From the NCBI GenBank assembly GCA_022799175.1, contig JAAWNY010000001.1, positions 4,999 through 68,998 on the forward strand: DNA of 64,000 nucleotides, written 5' to 3'. The DNA comes from Lachnospiraceae bacterium. Its GTDB lineage: Bacteria; Bacillota; Clostridia; Lachnospirales; Lachnospiraceae. This document shows, one piece after another, positions 18,326-28,748 of this stretch; within the stretch, counting starts at the first letter, position 1; every line of letters begins with the position of its first letter. The notes under the pieces were generated by a model. It did not search any database. It had not been told where the DNA came from and was given only the letters and a program-made list of their open reading frames with translations. The translations under genes were made by a program, and so were the position numbers.

Positions 18326-19549
18326 ATGCTGAATAAAAAAACGGTAGAAGATTTAAAAGATTTAAAGGGCAAGAGAGTATTGGTTCGCTGTGATTTTAAT
18401 GTTCCGCTGAAGAATGGCGAGATCTCGGATGAGACTCGTATTGTGGCGGCGCTTCCGACCATCAAAAAACTGATTGGAGAAGGAGCGAAGGTGATCCTCT
18501 GTTCTCATTTGGGAAAGGTGAAAAACGGCCCCAATGAGGGAGAATCTCTGGCTCCGGTTGCTGCTCGTCTTACCAAGAAGCTGGGCAAGGACGTGGTATT
18601 TGTAGCAGATTACAACGTGACCGGAGAAGCGGCTACCAAAGCAGTGGAAACGATGAACGACGGTGATGTGGTATTGTTGCAGAATACCCGTTTCCGTGGT
18701 AAGGAAGAAACCAAGAATGGCGAGGAATTCAGTAAGGAACTGGCAGATCTGGCTGACGATTATGTGTGTGACGCTTTTGGTTCCTCTCATCGTGCTCATG
18801 CATCGGTAGAAGGTGTGACAAAGTTTATTACTGCTAAAGGTGGCACAAATGCAGTTGGCTATCTGATGCAGAAAGAGATTGACTTTTTGGGTAATGCAGT
18901 GGAAAATCCGGTGAGACCTTTTGTGGCAATTTTGGGTGGAGCAAAGGTGGCAGACAAGCTGAACGTGATTTCCAATTTGTTGGAAAAGTGTGATACATTA
19001 ATTATTGGCGGAGGTATGGCATTTACCTTCTTAAAGGCCCAGGGCAAAGGCGTAGGCAATTCTCTGGTAGATGACAGCAAGATTGATTACTGTAAAGAGA
19101 TGATGGAAAAAGCAGAGAAGTTGGGTAAAAAATTGCTGCTCCCGGTTGATACCACGATTGCTGCTGCATTCCCGAATCCGATTGACGGACCGGTTGAGGT
19201 GCAAGTTGTCTCTTCGGATGAGATCCCGGCAGATATGGAAGGTCTGGATATTGGACCGAAGACAGCTGAGCTATATGCAGAGGCAGTGAAGACGGCAAAG
19301 ACGGTTGTCTGGAACGGACCAATGGGTGTGTTTGAGAATCCGACTCTGGCGAAAGGGACCATTGCTGTGGCTAAGGCATTAGCTGAGACAGAGGCTACGA
19401 CTATCATCGGTGGTGGAGATTCTGCAGCGGCAATGAATCAGCTGGGCTTCGCGGATAAAGTAAGTCATATTTCCACTGGTGGTGGAGCTTCCCTGGAGTT
19501 CTTAGAGGGTAAAGTTCTTCCTGGTGTAGCAGCTGCTGACAATAAATAA
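18326..19549 (+). CDS. pgk: Phosphoglycerate kinase
   Basis: [29 protein letters not shown] and STGGGASLE motifs. Confidence 0.98.
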   Translation: MLNKKTVEDLKDLKGKRVLVRCDFNVPLKNGEISDETRIVAALPTIKKLIGEGAKVILCSHLGKVKNGPNEGESLAPVAARLTKKLGKDVVFVADYNVTGEAATKAVETMNDGDVVLLQNTRFRGKEETKNGEEFSKELADLADDYVCDAFGSSHRAHASVEGVTKFITAKGGTNAVGYLMQKEIDFLGNAVENPVRPFVAILGGAKVADKLNVISNLLEKCDTLIIGGGMAFTFLKAQGKGVGNSLVDDSKIDYCKEMMEKAEKLGKKLLLPVDTTIAAAFPNPIDGPVEVQVVSSDEIPADMEGLDIGPKTAELYAEAVKTAKTVVWNGPMGVFENPTLAKGTIAVAKALAETEATTIIGGGDSAAAMNQLGFADKVSHISTGGGASLEFLEGKVLPGVAAADNK

Positions 19550-19592
19550 AAAGATTTCTCACGAAACAAAAATATAAAGGGAGGACAAAAAA

Positions 19593-20345
19593 ATGTCCAG
19601 AAAGAAAATAGTTGCAGGCAACTGGAAGATGAATATGACGCCTACCGAGGCGGTTGCCCTGGTAAATGAGTTAAAGCCTTTGGTTGCCAATGACGAGGTA
19701 GATGTGGTATTTTGTGTACCGGCGATCGATATTATTCCTGCGATGAAGGCAGCGGAGGGAACAAATATCAACATTGGAGCTGAGAATATGTACTATGAGG
19801 AGAAAGGAGCCTATACAGGTGAGATTTCTCCGGCAATGTTGGTGGATGCTGGTGTAAAATATGTCATTATCGGTCATTCTGAGAGAAGAGAATATTTTGC
19901 TGAGACGGATGAGACAGTAAACAAGAAAGTTTTGAAGGCATTTGAACATGATATTACTCCGATCATCTGCTGTGGAGAGTCCTTGACACAGAGAGAGCAG
20001 GGAATTACGATCGATTGGATTCGTCAGCAGATTAAAATTGCATTCTTGAATGTGACCAAGGAGCAGGCAAAGAAGGCTGTCATTGCGTATGAGCCGATTT
20101 GGGCGATTGGTACGGGGAAGGTGGCCACGACCGAGCAGGCACAGGAGGTTTGTGCGGCGATTCGTGTCTGCATCGGAGAGATCTATGATGAAGCTACTGC
20201 TGCAGAGATTCGTATCCAGTACGGTGGTTCCGTATCTGGTGCCAGTGCTCCGGAATTGTTTGCCCAGCCGGATATTGATGGTGGCTTGGTAGGAGGCGCA
20301 TCCTTAAAACCAGATTTTGGGAAAATCGTCAACTACAACAAATAA
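19593..20345 (+). CDS. tpiA: Triosephosphate isomerase
   Basis: [24 protein letters not shown] and LVGGASL motifs. Confidence 0.98.
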   Translation: MSRKKIVAGNWKMNMTPTEAVALVNELKPLVANDEVDVVFCVPAIDIIPAMKAAEGTNINIGAENMYYEEKGAYTGEISPAMLVDAGVKYVIIGHSERREYFAETDETVNKKVLKAFEHDITPIICCGESLTQREQGITIDWIRQQIKIAFLNVTKEQAKKAVIAYEPIWAIGTGKVATTEQAQEVCAAIRVCIGEIYDEATAAEIRIQYGGSVSGASAPELFAQPDIDGGLVGGASLKPDFGKIVNYNK

Positions 20346-20357
20346 GAGATAATCTTT

Positions 20358-20392
20358 GGGGCGGAGCCGTTTGTGCTTCCGCCCTGTTTTTA
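20358..20392 (+). terminator. Rho-independent terminator after tpiA
   Basis: GGGCGGAGC...GCTTCCGCCC followed by a T-run. Confidence 0.75.
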
Positions 20393-20473
20393 TTTTTTAT
20401 GTTTTAGTGGATGGCGACAGTGACAAGGCGGGAATGATTTTGTTTTGGACTTGTCTGGAAAGGAAAACGGAAA

Positions 20474-21568
20474 ATGCAAAAAAAAGAAGCTATGAGCAGG
20501 AAAGCCCTGTTGATGAATATAGTAATCACGATTGGCATTTTTGTGATCGCTACTATGTTGGCAATTGCATTTTTTCATTACAGCCGTAATTCTACCAGTG
20601 TGGCCATTATTTATATTCTAGCGGTTATGCTGGTAGCCAGGTATACAAACGGATATGTACCAGGGGTTGTGGCTTCGTTTTTGGGAGTAATCTGTGTCAA
20701 CTATGTATTTACTTATCCTTTTATGCGTTTGAATTTTAGTATTGATGGCTATCCAATAACTTTTGTTGCCATGACATTGATATCGGGGCTGACCAGTATG
20801 TTGACTACACAGTCAAAAAAGCAAAATCAGATTTTGAATGAGCAGGAGAAATTTTTGATGGAGGCAGAAAAGGAGACAATGCGCGCGAATCTGTTGCGTG
20901 CGGTATCTCATGATCTGCGAACTCCGTTGACAGGAATTATTGGAATGGCGGATGCTTATTTGGCAGACAGTGGACGGTTGACAGAAGAAGAAAAATCGTA
21001 TATGGTAAAAGGGATCAGCGAAGATGCTAACTGGCTTCTCAACATGGTGGAGAATTTATTGTCAGTCACCAGGATTCGGGTGGGAGAGACCCGGGTCAAT
21101 ACCAGTTTGGAATCATTGGAAGAAGTAGTTTCGGAGGCAGTACAACGCTTGCGGAAACGATTACCTCAGGCCAGGGTACAAGTACAAGTGCCAGAAGAGT
21201 TTTTGATGGTTCCCATGGATGCGATGCTGATTGAACAGGTGATAATCAATCTGCTGGAGAATGGGGTATACCATTCAGGAGCGGAGAAAATCGATTTGTA
21301 TGTGGTAAAGAAGGACAAAGAAGCGGTTTTTCGCATCCGGGATTATGGGAAAGGGATTACTCCGGAGAGGCTGGAAGCGATCTTTGACGGTGGTGGCACA
21401 GAGGAGAATCCGAGCGGAGATTCTCATCGGGGGATGGGGATTGGTCTGAGTATTTGTAAGACGATTGTCAATGCCCATGAAGGTACCATATGGGCGAATA
21501 ATTGGGAACAAGGCGCAGAATTTGTCTTTACATTACCATTGAGAGAGGACACAGGTGATGACAAATAA
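20474..21568 (+). CDS. Short KdpD-like sensor histidine kinase (DUF4118 membrane domain, HisKA, HATPase)
   Basis: Four TM segments; NLLRAVSHDLRTPLT, NLLEN, DYGKG and GMGIGL motifs. Confidence 0.88.
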   Translation: MQKKEAMSRKALLMNIVITIGIFVIATMLAIAFFHYSRNSTSVAIIYILAVMLVARYTNGYVPGVVASFLGVICVNYVFTYPFMRLNFSIDGYPITFVAMTLISGLTSMLTTQSKKQNQILNEQEKFLMEAEKETMRANLLRAVSHDLRTPLTGIIGMADAYLADSGRLTEEEKSYMVKGISEDANWLLNMVENLLSVTRIRVGETRVNTSLESLEEVVSEAVQRLRKRLPQARVQVQVPEEFLMVPMDAMLIEQVIINLLENGVYHSGAEKIDLYVVKKDKEAVFRIRDYGKGITPERLEAIFDGGGTEENPSGDSHRGMGIGLSICKTIVNAHEGTIWANNWEQGAEFVFTLPLREDTGDDK

Positions 21569-22253
21569 ACAGACCATATTGGTCATTGAAGATGAAAAAA
21601 TTATTGGGAGCTATATTGAGACCATTTTAATATCGAACGAATACAAGGTGCTGCGTGCCATGAATGGGATGACAGGGCTTTCTCTATGTACATCTCACCA
21701 TCCGGAAATTGTTCTTCTGGATTTAGGTCTTCCGGATATGGATGGAATGGAAGTTTTACAGCACATTCGGGAATTTTCGAATCTGCCAATAATTGTGATT
21801 TCCGCTCGTTCTCAAGAGCGGGAGAAGGTGGAGGCACTTGATGGCGGAGCGGATGACTATATCACTAAGCCATTCGGAGCGGAAGAACTTTTGGCACGGA
21901 TTCGCACGGCATTGCGTCATCGCTTACATGCCGGACAAGGACAAAAGCACGAATTAGTATATTCCAAAGACGAACTAGTGATTGATTTTGAACGGCGACT
22001 GGTGACATTGCAGGGAAAAGCAATTCATTTGACACAGATTGAATATAAGCTTGTTTCTTTGCTGGCCCGCAATGCGGGAAAGGTTTTGACTTATGATTAT
22101 ATTCTGAAGGAAATCTGGGGTCCTTATGCAGATATGGATAATCAGATTTTGCGAGTGAATATGGCGAATATTCGCAGAAAGCTGGAGACAAATCCTGCAG
22201 AGCCTCATTACATTTTTACCGAGATCGGAGTGGGGTACCGGATGCTTGAGTGA
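21558..22253 (+). CDS. KdpE-like OmpR-family response regulator
   Basis: LLDLGLPDMDG, GADDYITKPF and PHYIFTEIGVGYR motifs. Confidence 0.9.
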   Translation: MTNKQTILVIEDEKIIGSYIETILISNEYKVLRAMNGMTGLSLCTSHHPEIVLLDLGLPDMDGMEVLQHIREFSNLPIIVISARSQEREKVEALDGGADDYITKPFGAEELLARIRTALRHRLHAGQGQKHELVYSKDELVIDFERRLVTLQGKAIHLTQIEYKLVSLLARNAGKVLTYDYILKEIWGPYADMDNQILRVNMANIRRKLETNPAEPHYIFTEIGVGYRMLE

Positions 22254-22292
22254 AAATGAGATTAAAAAACCGAGAAAATAGAAACAGCGGCT

Positions 22293-22895
22293 TTAATGGC
22301 CGCTGTTAATTACTTTCCAGTTATCGGATTTCGAATAGCGGGCGATGCTGATGGAACGCGCAGGATTGCCTTCGGCCTGGTCTTTTCCAGTAAGAACCAT
22401 AAAGATGATAATGTTTCCCGGATCGTATTCTGCCTCGATACCCGTGTTTTGGTAAAGAAAATAAGAGTCGTCCGCCGGATATATGTCTTCTACACCGTCG
22501 AAGCCCACAGAGGCTTCCGTGAAATAATAGCGAGCCAGTTCTTCTGTTTCTAAAAGTTCGGCTTCGGTCAGCGAAGACAGATAAGGCGGAGCCTGGTCAG
22601 TATCTGTCTCTAGAGCAACGACACCAGAGGTTACAAATTCACTGGGAACAAGAGAAAGCGCATCACGGGAAGACTCTGGAAGAGTCTGATACCATTCCAA
22701 CCATTTCAGAGTATCTTCTGAGAGTTCACTTTTCATCTTGGCAATACCATTAAATTCAACAAGTTCGTCATCAGCAGATTCCATAAGCGTCTCATCAGAG
22801 GCGACGGAAGCTGTAGAAGGAGTTATGGTGGCACCCTCGCCGCAGCCAGTAAGAAACAGGGCGGCAATGGTGATTAACAGAGCTTTTGCTTGCAT
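22293..22895 (-). CDS. Hypothetical acidic lipoprotein
   Basis: Signal peptide with lipobox LTG|C; RBS aggagg upstream. Confidence 0.7.
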   Translation of the reverse strand: MQAKALLITIAALFLTGCGEGATITPSTASVASDETLMESADDELVEFNGIAKMKSELSEDTLKWLEWYQTLPESSRDALSLVPSEFVTSGVVALETDTDQAPPYLSSLTEAELLETEELARYYFTEASVGFDGVEDIYPADDSYFLYQNTGIEAEYDPGNIIIFMVLTGKDQAEGNPARSISIARYSKSDNWKVINSGH

Positions 22896-22993
22896 GAGTA
22901 GATGCCTCCTTGTAGATATTATATCAATGATGGGACGGAAAAAAATTAAGAGTTCCTTAAAATTTATTGAAAAAGAGTATGAGGAAATAAAAA

Positions 22994-23872
22994 ATGAAAA
23001 CCATTGGGATTATTACAGACAGTCATAGCAGTATCACACAAGAAGAAGCAAAGCAGTTGGGAATTATGGTGCTTCCAATGCCATTTACCATAGAAGAGAA
23101 GAATTATTATGAAGGAATCTCTCTGACGCGGCAGGAATTCCTTGAAAAGCTGCATTCCGGGGCGATTGTTTCGACTTCCCAGCCAGCTCCGACAGAAGTA
23201 ATGGCATTGTGGGATCGGGCGCTGGAGGAATATGAAAAGGTTTTATATATTCCTATCAGCAGTGGACTTAGCGGGTCTTATGCTACGGCAATGATAATGG
23301 CACAGGAAGAACCCTATGCAGGAAGAATATTGGTAGTGGATAGTGGACGGGTATCAGCGCTTTTACACCGCATGGTATTAGATGCTCGAGAACTGATTGA
23401 GGAAGGCTACTGTGCAGAAGACATTCGAGAAATTCTAGAGGAGTCCCGGGACAAGATGGTGATCTATATAGGGGTTCAGACGCTGGAAAATTTGAAGCGG
23501 GGTGGCAGAATTACGCCAGCGGCGGCAGCCTTAGGAACTGTTCTGAATATCAAGCCGGTATTGCAGTTTGATGTGGGAACATTAGATGTGTTTAAAAAGT
23601 GTCGGGGATTTGCAAAGACAAAAAAGACCATGTTGGAAGCTATGCGCCATGATCTGCAAACTCGATTTCAGGAGTGGTATAACAGAGGGGAAATTTATCT
23701 GTTAGCGGCTTCCAGTGCGCCTTTCGAGGAGACAAAAGAGTGGGTAAAGGAGATTCAGGAAGCTTTTCCCGATCTGGACGTTCTGTGTGATGCTTTGTCT
23801 ATGGGGGTGTCTTGCCATATTGGTTATGGGGGGCTGGGCATCGGGTGTTCTTGTCGGCCAAAGAGAAGGTGA
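22994..23872 (+). CDS. DegV family fatty-acid-binding protein
   Basis: IITDS, STSQPAP, ISSGLSGSY, LKRGGRI and IKPVL motifs. Confidence 0.93.
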   Translation: MKTIGIITDSHSSITQEEAKQLGIMVLPMPFTIEEKNYYEGISLTRQEFLEKLHSGAIVSTSQPAPTEVMALWDRALEEYEKVLYIPISSGLSGSYATAMIMAQEEPYAGRILVVDSGRVSALLHRMVLDARELIEEGYCAEDIREILEESRDKMVIYIGVQTLENLKRGGRITPAAAALGTVLNIKPVLQFDVGTLDVFKKCRGFAKTKKTMLEAMRHDLQTRFQEWYNRGEIYLLAASSAPFEETKEWVKEIQEAFPDLDVLCDALSMGVSCHIGYGGLGIGCSCRPKRR

Positions 23873-23899
23873 ATTTTTTCAAAAACTAGGAAAAAGTAA

Positions 23900-23956
23900 T
23901 TGACAAATGAAAAAAAAGTAGTATTATATTCATATGAACAATTATTCATATGAATA
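23900..23956 (+). promoter_or_regulatory. Promoter and SmtB/CzrA/CadC-type operator
   Basis: TTGACA-16 bp-TATTAT followed by the inverted repeat CATATGAA-caatta-TTCATATG, resembling CzrA/SmtB operators (ATATGAAC...TTCATAT). Confidence 0.8.
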
Positions 23957-24007
23957 GATGCATAAGTATTAATTCGTAGGAATTCGCCATTAGCGAGGAG
24001 GGAAACT

Positions 24008-24394
24008 ATGACAGCAGAGGAGAGAGTAAAGATTCAGCAGGAAGTGGAGGCGAGCGTCTGTGAATTCATGCATATTCATGAGGAGATTGTAGATAAAGTA
24101 GAAAAGGTGATGCCAGATGAGCAGCAGCTTTTGAATTTATCAGAATTTTTTAAAGTATTTGGTGACTCTACCAGGATTAAGATTTTATATGTGCTGAGCC
24201 AGTCAGAGATGTGTGTATGTGATATTGCCACTTTGTTGCAAATGGGGCAGTCAGCAATTTCTCACCAGTTACGAGTGTTGAAGCAAATGCGCCTGGTGAC
24301 ATTTCGCAGAGAGGGTAAAACGGTTTTTTATAAATTGGCAGATGCCCACATTGAGACAATTTTGGCGCAGGGGATGGAGCATATCAGCGAATAA
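24008..24394 (+). CDS. ArsR/SmtB-family metal-responsive repressor (CadC/ZiaR-like)
   Basis: FKVFGDSTRIKIL, MCVCDIA and QSAISHQLRVL motifs; alpha5 site D-x-H...H-x-x-E. Confidence 0.92.
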   Translation: MTAEERVKIQQEVEASVCEFMHIHEEIVDKVEKVMPDEQQLLNLSEFFKVFGDSTRIKILYVLSQSEMCVCDIATLLQMGQSAISHQLRVLKQMRLVTFRREGKTVFYKLADAHIETILAQGMEHISE

Positions 24395-24438
24395 GAAATC
24401 TACAGGAGTATGTCAAAAAACGGGAGGAGAAAATTATC

Positions 24439-24663
24439 ATGAGAAAGATCATCAAAATGGAAGGATTATGTTGTGCCAATTGTGCGGCTAAGATCGAGGA
24501 AGGTATTAAAAAATTGCCAGGGGTTAAGGATGTGACATTGAGTTTCATGACGCAGCGACTGACGATCGAGGCAGAAGATGGCAGAGAAGATGCTGTGGTA
24601 GAGGAAGCGCGGAAGGTTGCAAAGAAGATTGAGCCAGAGGCAGGGTTTAAGATATTGCGGTAA
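24439..24663 (+). CDS. Stand-alone heavy-metal-associated (HMA) domain protein
   Basis: GLCCANCAAKIE motif. Confidence 0.88.
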   Translation: MRKIIKMEGLCCANCAAKIEEGIKKLPGVKDVTLSFMTQRLTIEAEDGREDAVVEEARKVAKKIEPEAGFKILR

Positions 24664-24721
24664 GAGAATGTGCACAGAATAAGAAACATGTATTTGAAGG
24701 AAGGCATAATGGGAGGCGGCT

Positions 24722-26593
24722 ATGACAAAGAAGCAGAAAAAGATGGTATTCCGGTTGACAATAAGTGGTATGTTCTTTATCAGCGCTGTGGTGATGGAGA
24801 ATAAAGGTTTGTGGGCTGGGCTCCCTTACATTTTGGCATATTTATTTGCCGGATATGATATTCCATGGAAAGCTTTGCGGAATATTAAAAACGGACAGGT
24901 ATTTGATGAGAATTTTCTGATGACAATAGCTACTTTTGGAGCGATCGTCGTCGGCTCTCTGGAAGAGGCTGTGGCAGTAATGTTGTTTTATCAGGTGGGA
25001 GAATTGTTCAACGACTATGCAGTAAATCAATCGCGGAAATCGATCCAGGAGTTGATGGATATTAATCCGGAGTATGCGAATTTGTTGCGGGACGGTGTGG
25101 AAGAACAGGTAGATCCCTATGAAGTGAATGTAGGCGATACCATAATCATTCGTCCGGGAGAAAAGGTGCCGTTAGATGGGGTAGTGCTGCGGGGAAACTC
25201 CAGTCTGGATGTCAAGGCACTGACGGGTGAACCGATGCCGGCGGAGGTAGAAGCTGGCAGCAGTGTGGTCAGTGGTTCTATCAACTTAAACGGTGTGTTG
25301 GAGGTGCAGACAACCCGCTTATTTGACGACTCTACAGTGGCAAAGATATTAGAGCTGGTGGAGAACGCTAGTTCCAGAAAAGCGAAAGCCGAAACTTTTA
25401 TCACGAAATTTGCCAGAATTTATACGCCGATTGTGGTGGGACTGGCACTTGTCTTGGCAGTGTTTCCTCCTTTGCTTTTAGGGGGCAGTTGGGGAACCTG
25501 GCTCTATCGTGCCTGTAGCTTTCTTGTAGTGTCTTGTCCCTGTGCTCTAGTGATCTCTGTTCCGCTAAGTTTTTTTGGTGGATTGGGAGCCGCCTCTAAA
25601 ACTGGAATTCTATTAAAGGGGAGTAATTATCTGGAAGCGATGGCGGATTTGGATACCATAGTTTTTGATAAGACGGGGACTTTGACAAATGGTAAATTTC
25701 AGGTGAGTGATGTGGCGCCGGTTCATGGCGTTCGAGAGGCATTGCTGGAACTGGCGGCATTGGGAGAATATCACTCCACCCATCCGATAGCTTTGTCTGT
25801 GAAAGAAGCCTATGGGAAAACGGTTGATACTGGACGGATTGGTCAGGTGGAAGAGATTGCCGGTCATGGCATTCATGCTCAGATAGAAAAAGACGGGGAG
25901 TGGCACGATCTGTATATTGGTAACCGGAAGCTGATGGAACAACAACAGATTTTGGTAGATACTCCTTCCGAGATTCTGGGTACTACCTTATATCTGGCAG
26001 ATGGGAGAGAATATCTGGGGGCAATTGTGATTTCTGACAGCATCCGTCCAGATGTGCCTGCTGCGCTGACAGGGTTGCGGCAGCAGGGAGTGAAAAATCT
26101 GGTAATGTTGACGGGAGACCGGGAAGAGGTGGGGAAGATTGTGGCTGGAAAATTGGGACTTGACCAGGTGTTTGGCAATCTGCTTCCAGGTGACAAGGTG
26201 TCTCGTGTGGAAGAATTGTTGAAAGAGAAGCCTTTTGGTAAGACATTGGCGTTTGTAGGAGACGGAATCAACGATGCTCCTGTGTTGGCTCGAGCTGATG
26301 TCGGAATCGCCATGGGAGGGATTGGTTCTGACGCAGCTGTGGAAGCAGCGGATGTAGTGATTATGGATGATGACTCATCTAAGATTGTGGATACGATACA
26401 GATTGCCAGAAAGACGATGGGGATTGTCAAGCAAAATATTATCTTTGCAATCGGAGTAAAGATCGCAGTGTTGATTTTGGTGGCTCTGGGTTATGCTTCT
26501 ATGTGGGCAGCTGTATTTGGTGATGTGGGTGTGTCCGTGCTGGCGATTCTCAATGCGATACGGGCGCTCTCCTATAAAAGGATCCGTCCATAA
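24722..26593 (+). CDS. cadA: Cd/Zn/Co-translocating P1B-type ATPase lacking an N-terminal metal-binding domain
   Basis: LTGE, SCPC, DKTGTLT, HP and GDGINDAP motifs. Confidence 0.9.
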   Translation: MTKKQKKMVFRLTISGMFFISAVVMENKGLWAGLPYILAYLFAGYDIPWKALRNIKNGQVFDENFLMTIATFGAIVVGSLEEAVAVMLFYQVGELFNDYAVNQSRKSIQELMDINPEYANLLRDGVEEQVDPYEVNVGDTIIIRPGEKVPLDGVVLRGNSSLDVKALTGEPMPAEVEAGSSVVSGSINLNGVLEVQTTRLFDDSTVAKILELVENASSRKAKAETFITKFARIYTPIVVGLALVLAVFPPLLLGGSWGTWLYRACSFLVVSCPCALVISVPLSFFGGLGAASKTGILLKGSNYLEAMADLDTIVFDKTGTLTNGKFQVSDVAPVHGVREALLELAALGEYHSTHPIALSVKEAYGKTVDTGRIGQVEEIAGHGIHAQIEKDGEWHDLYIGNRKLMEQQQILVDTPSEILGTTLYLADGREYLGAIVISDSIRPDVPAALTGLRQQGVKNLVMLTGDREEVGKIVAGKLGLDQVFGNLLPGDKVSRVEELLKEKPFGKTLAFVGDGINDAPVLARADVGIAMGGIGSDAAVEAADVVIMDDDSSKIVDTIQIARKTMGIVKQNIIFAIGVKIAVLILVALGYASMWAAVFGDVGVSVLAILNAIRALSYKRIRP

Positions 26594-26611
26594 TAAGATC
26601 GAATTCTCCCA

Positions 26612-26705
26612 TTGACAAATTCGTTGCAAGCTGTTATTATCAGAATTATAGAACGAGGATGTTATAGAAAGATCATATCAGGGATCTTTCGTCATCCTCG
26701 TTTTT
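26612..26705 (+). promoter_or_regulatory. glnA promoter followed directly by a leader terminator (attenuator)
   Basis: TTGACA-17 bp-TATTAT, then AACGAGGATG..GAAAGATC / GATCTTTC..CATCCTCGTT plus TTT before the RBS. Confidence 0.75.
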
Positions 26706-26740
26706 GTATGTATGCAGTTTAAAGAGAGAAGGAGAACGCG

Positions 26741-28078
26741 ATGAATAAGTATAGCAAAGAAGACATCATCCGTATGGTGGAAGAAGATGATGTGGAGTTT
26801 ATCCGTCTGCAGTTTACAGATATTTTTGGAATGTTGAAGAATGTGGCCATAACTTCCAGCCAGCTGGGAAAGGCATTGAATAATTGTTGTATGTTTGATG
26901 GTTCTGCGATTGAGGGATTTGTGAGGATTGAGGAGTCGGATATGTACTTGCATCCGGATTTGGATACTTTTGAAATTTTTCCTTGGCGGCCTCAGCAGGG
27001 GAAGGTGGCACGGCTGGTTTGTGATGTGTATCGGCCAGGAGGAGAACCTTTTGAGGGAGATCCTCGCTTTGTGCTGAAAAAGGTATTGAAAGAAGCAGCC
27101 GATATGGGTTATACTTTTCTGGTAGGTCCAGAATGTGAATTTTTTCTGTTTCAGACAGATGAAGAAGGAAAGCCAACTACCGAAACGCATGAAATGGCCG
27201 GATATTTTGATGTGAGCCCGATTGATATGGCGGAAAATGTACGGCGGGATATTGTGTTGAATTTGGAAGAGATGGGATTTGAGATTGAGGCTTCTCATCA
27301 CGAGATCGCGCCGGCCCAGCATGAGATTGATTTGCAGTATGCGGATGCACTGACAGCGGCGGATAATATTATGACTTTTAAGATGGCGGTTAAGACCATA
27401 GCCAGACGACATGGACTTCACGCTACTTTTATGCCAAAGCCCAAAGCAGGGATCAATGGTTCAGGGATGCATATCAATATGTCTCTGGCAGACAAAGCGG
27501 GCAACAATCTTTTTGTAAATTCGGCGGATCCTCTGGGATTAAGCCGGGAAGCGTATCAATTTATGGCAGGGATTTTAAAATACATTAAGGAGATTACTGT
27601 GCTCACGAATCCACTGGTGAATTCCTATAAGCGACTGGTTCCTGGTTATGACGCACCGGTTTATATTGCTTGGTCGGCGGCATCGAATCGCAGTCCACTG
27701 ATTCGGGTTCCTTCTTCCCGGGGAAGTAGTACACGGATTGAGTTGCGCTGTCCGGATTCCGCAGTGAATCCATATTTGGCGCTGGCTGCTTGCCTGGCGG
27801 CGGGATTGGAGGGAATCCGTCAACAGTTAGAGCCGCCGGCCAGCGTAGATGACAATATTTATGCGATGTCAGAAGAGGAACTGACACAGAGGGGAATTGA
27901 GTGTCTGCCAGAAACATTAGGAGAGGCGCTGGAGCTCTACGCTGGCAGTACATTTGCCAAAAAGCTTCTGGGAGATCACATTTTTACAAAATATTGGGAG
28001 GCAAAAAATTCAGAGTGGAAAAAATATCGTGCAGAAGTTACAGACTGGGAGGTAGCGGAATATCTGTATAAATTTTAA
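26741..28078 (+). CDS. glnA: Glutamine synthetase type I
   Basis: [29 protein letters not shown]...NGSGMH and RIELRCPD motifs. Confidence 0.96.
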   Translation: MNKYSKEDIIRMVEEDDVEFIRLQFTDIFGMLKNVAITSSQLGKALNNCCMFDGSAIEGFVRIEESDMYLHPDLDTFEIFPWRPQQGKVARLVCDVYRPGGEPFEGDPRFVLKKVLKEAADMGYTFLVGPECEFFLFQTDEEGKPTTETHEMAGYFDVSPIDMAENVRRDIVLNLEEMGFEIEASHHEIAPAQHEIDLQYADALTAADNIMTFKMAVKTIARRHGLHATFMPKPKAGINGSGMHINMSLADKAGNNLFVNSADPLGLSREAYQFMAGILKYIKEITVLTNPLVNSYKRLVPGYDAPVYIAWSAASNRSPLIRVPSSRGSSTRIELRCPDSAVNPYLALAACLAAGLEGIRQQLEPPASVDDNIYAMSEEELTQRGIECLPETLGEALELYAGSTFAKKLLGDHIFTKYWEAKNSEWKKYRAEVTDWEVAEYLYKF

Positions 28079-28110
28079 AAGGAAAAAAGCATCTTCCAGG
28101 AGGTGAGGAA

Positions 28111-28653
28111 TTGGCGAATGTGATTGTGGCATTTTCAAAGCCGGAAGATGCCCGGAATATCAGGAATATATTGACAAGAAATGGGTTTTCTGTCGTTGCT
28201 GTCTGCAATTCCGGCGCTCAGGTATTGGCACAGACGGGGAATTTGAATGGGGGGCTGGTGGTGTGTGGCTACCGTCTTACCGATATGTTGTATACCGCGC
28301 TTCATGACAATATGTCATCCGAGTTTTCCATGTTGATGGTTTCCTCACCAAGTAGATGGAATTCGCAGATTCCAGAAGATGTGGTGTGCCTGCCAATGCC
28401 ATTGAAGGTGCAGGATTTGATATCTACATTAGAAATGATGGCACAGACTCAGGCACGGCATCGCAGAATACAGCGACAGCAGCCGAAACAGCGAAGTGAG
28501 AAAGAGAAGAGACTGTTGGATCAAGCGAAAAAGCTTTTGATGGAACGAAATGGAATGACAGAAGAAGAGGCACATCGATATATCCAGAAGTGCAGTATGG
28601 ATAGTGGAACGAATCTGATAGAGACAGCACAGATGATAATCAGCCTGCTGTAG
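28111..28653 (+). CDS. ANTAR-domain antiterminator with a degenerate receiver domain (NitR-like)
   Basis: TTG start after aggagg; C-terminal AKKLLMERNGMTEEEAHRYIQKCSMDS ANTAR motif. Confidence 0.85.
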   Translation: MANVIVAFSKPEDARNIRNILTRNGFSVVAVCNSGAQVLAQTGNLNGGLVVCGYRLTDMLYTALHDNMSSEFSMLMVSSPSRWNSQIPEDVVCLPMPLKVQDLISTLEMMAQTQARHRRIQRQQPKQRSEKEKRLLDQAKKLLMERNGMTEEEAHRYIQKCSMDSGTNLIETAQMIISLL

Positions 28654-28748
28654 AGACGTGCAGAACACATATCCGAGAGAGGACAAAGGAAGCAAAAGCA
28701 AAGATTAAAGAACGAGTACGGACAGATTTTGAGAAACAGGAGGCTGAC

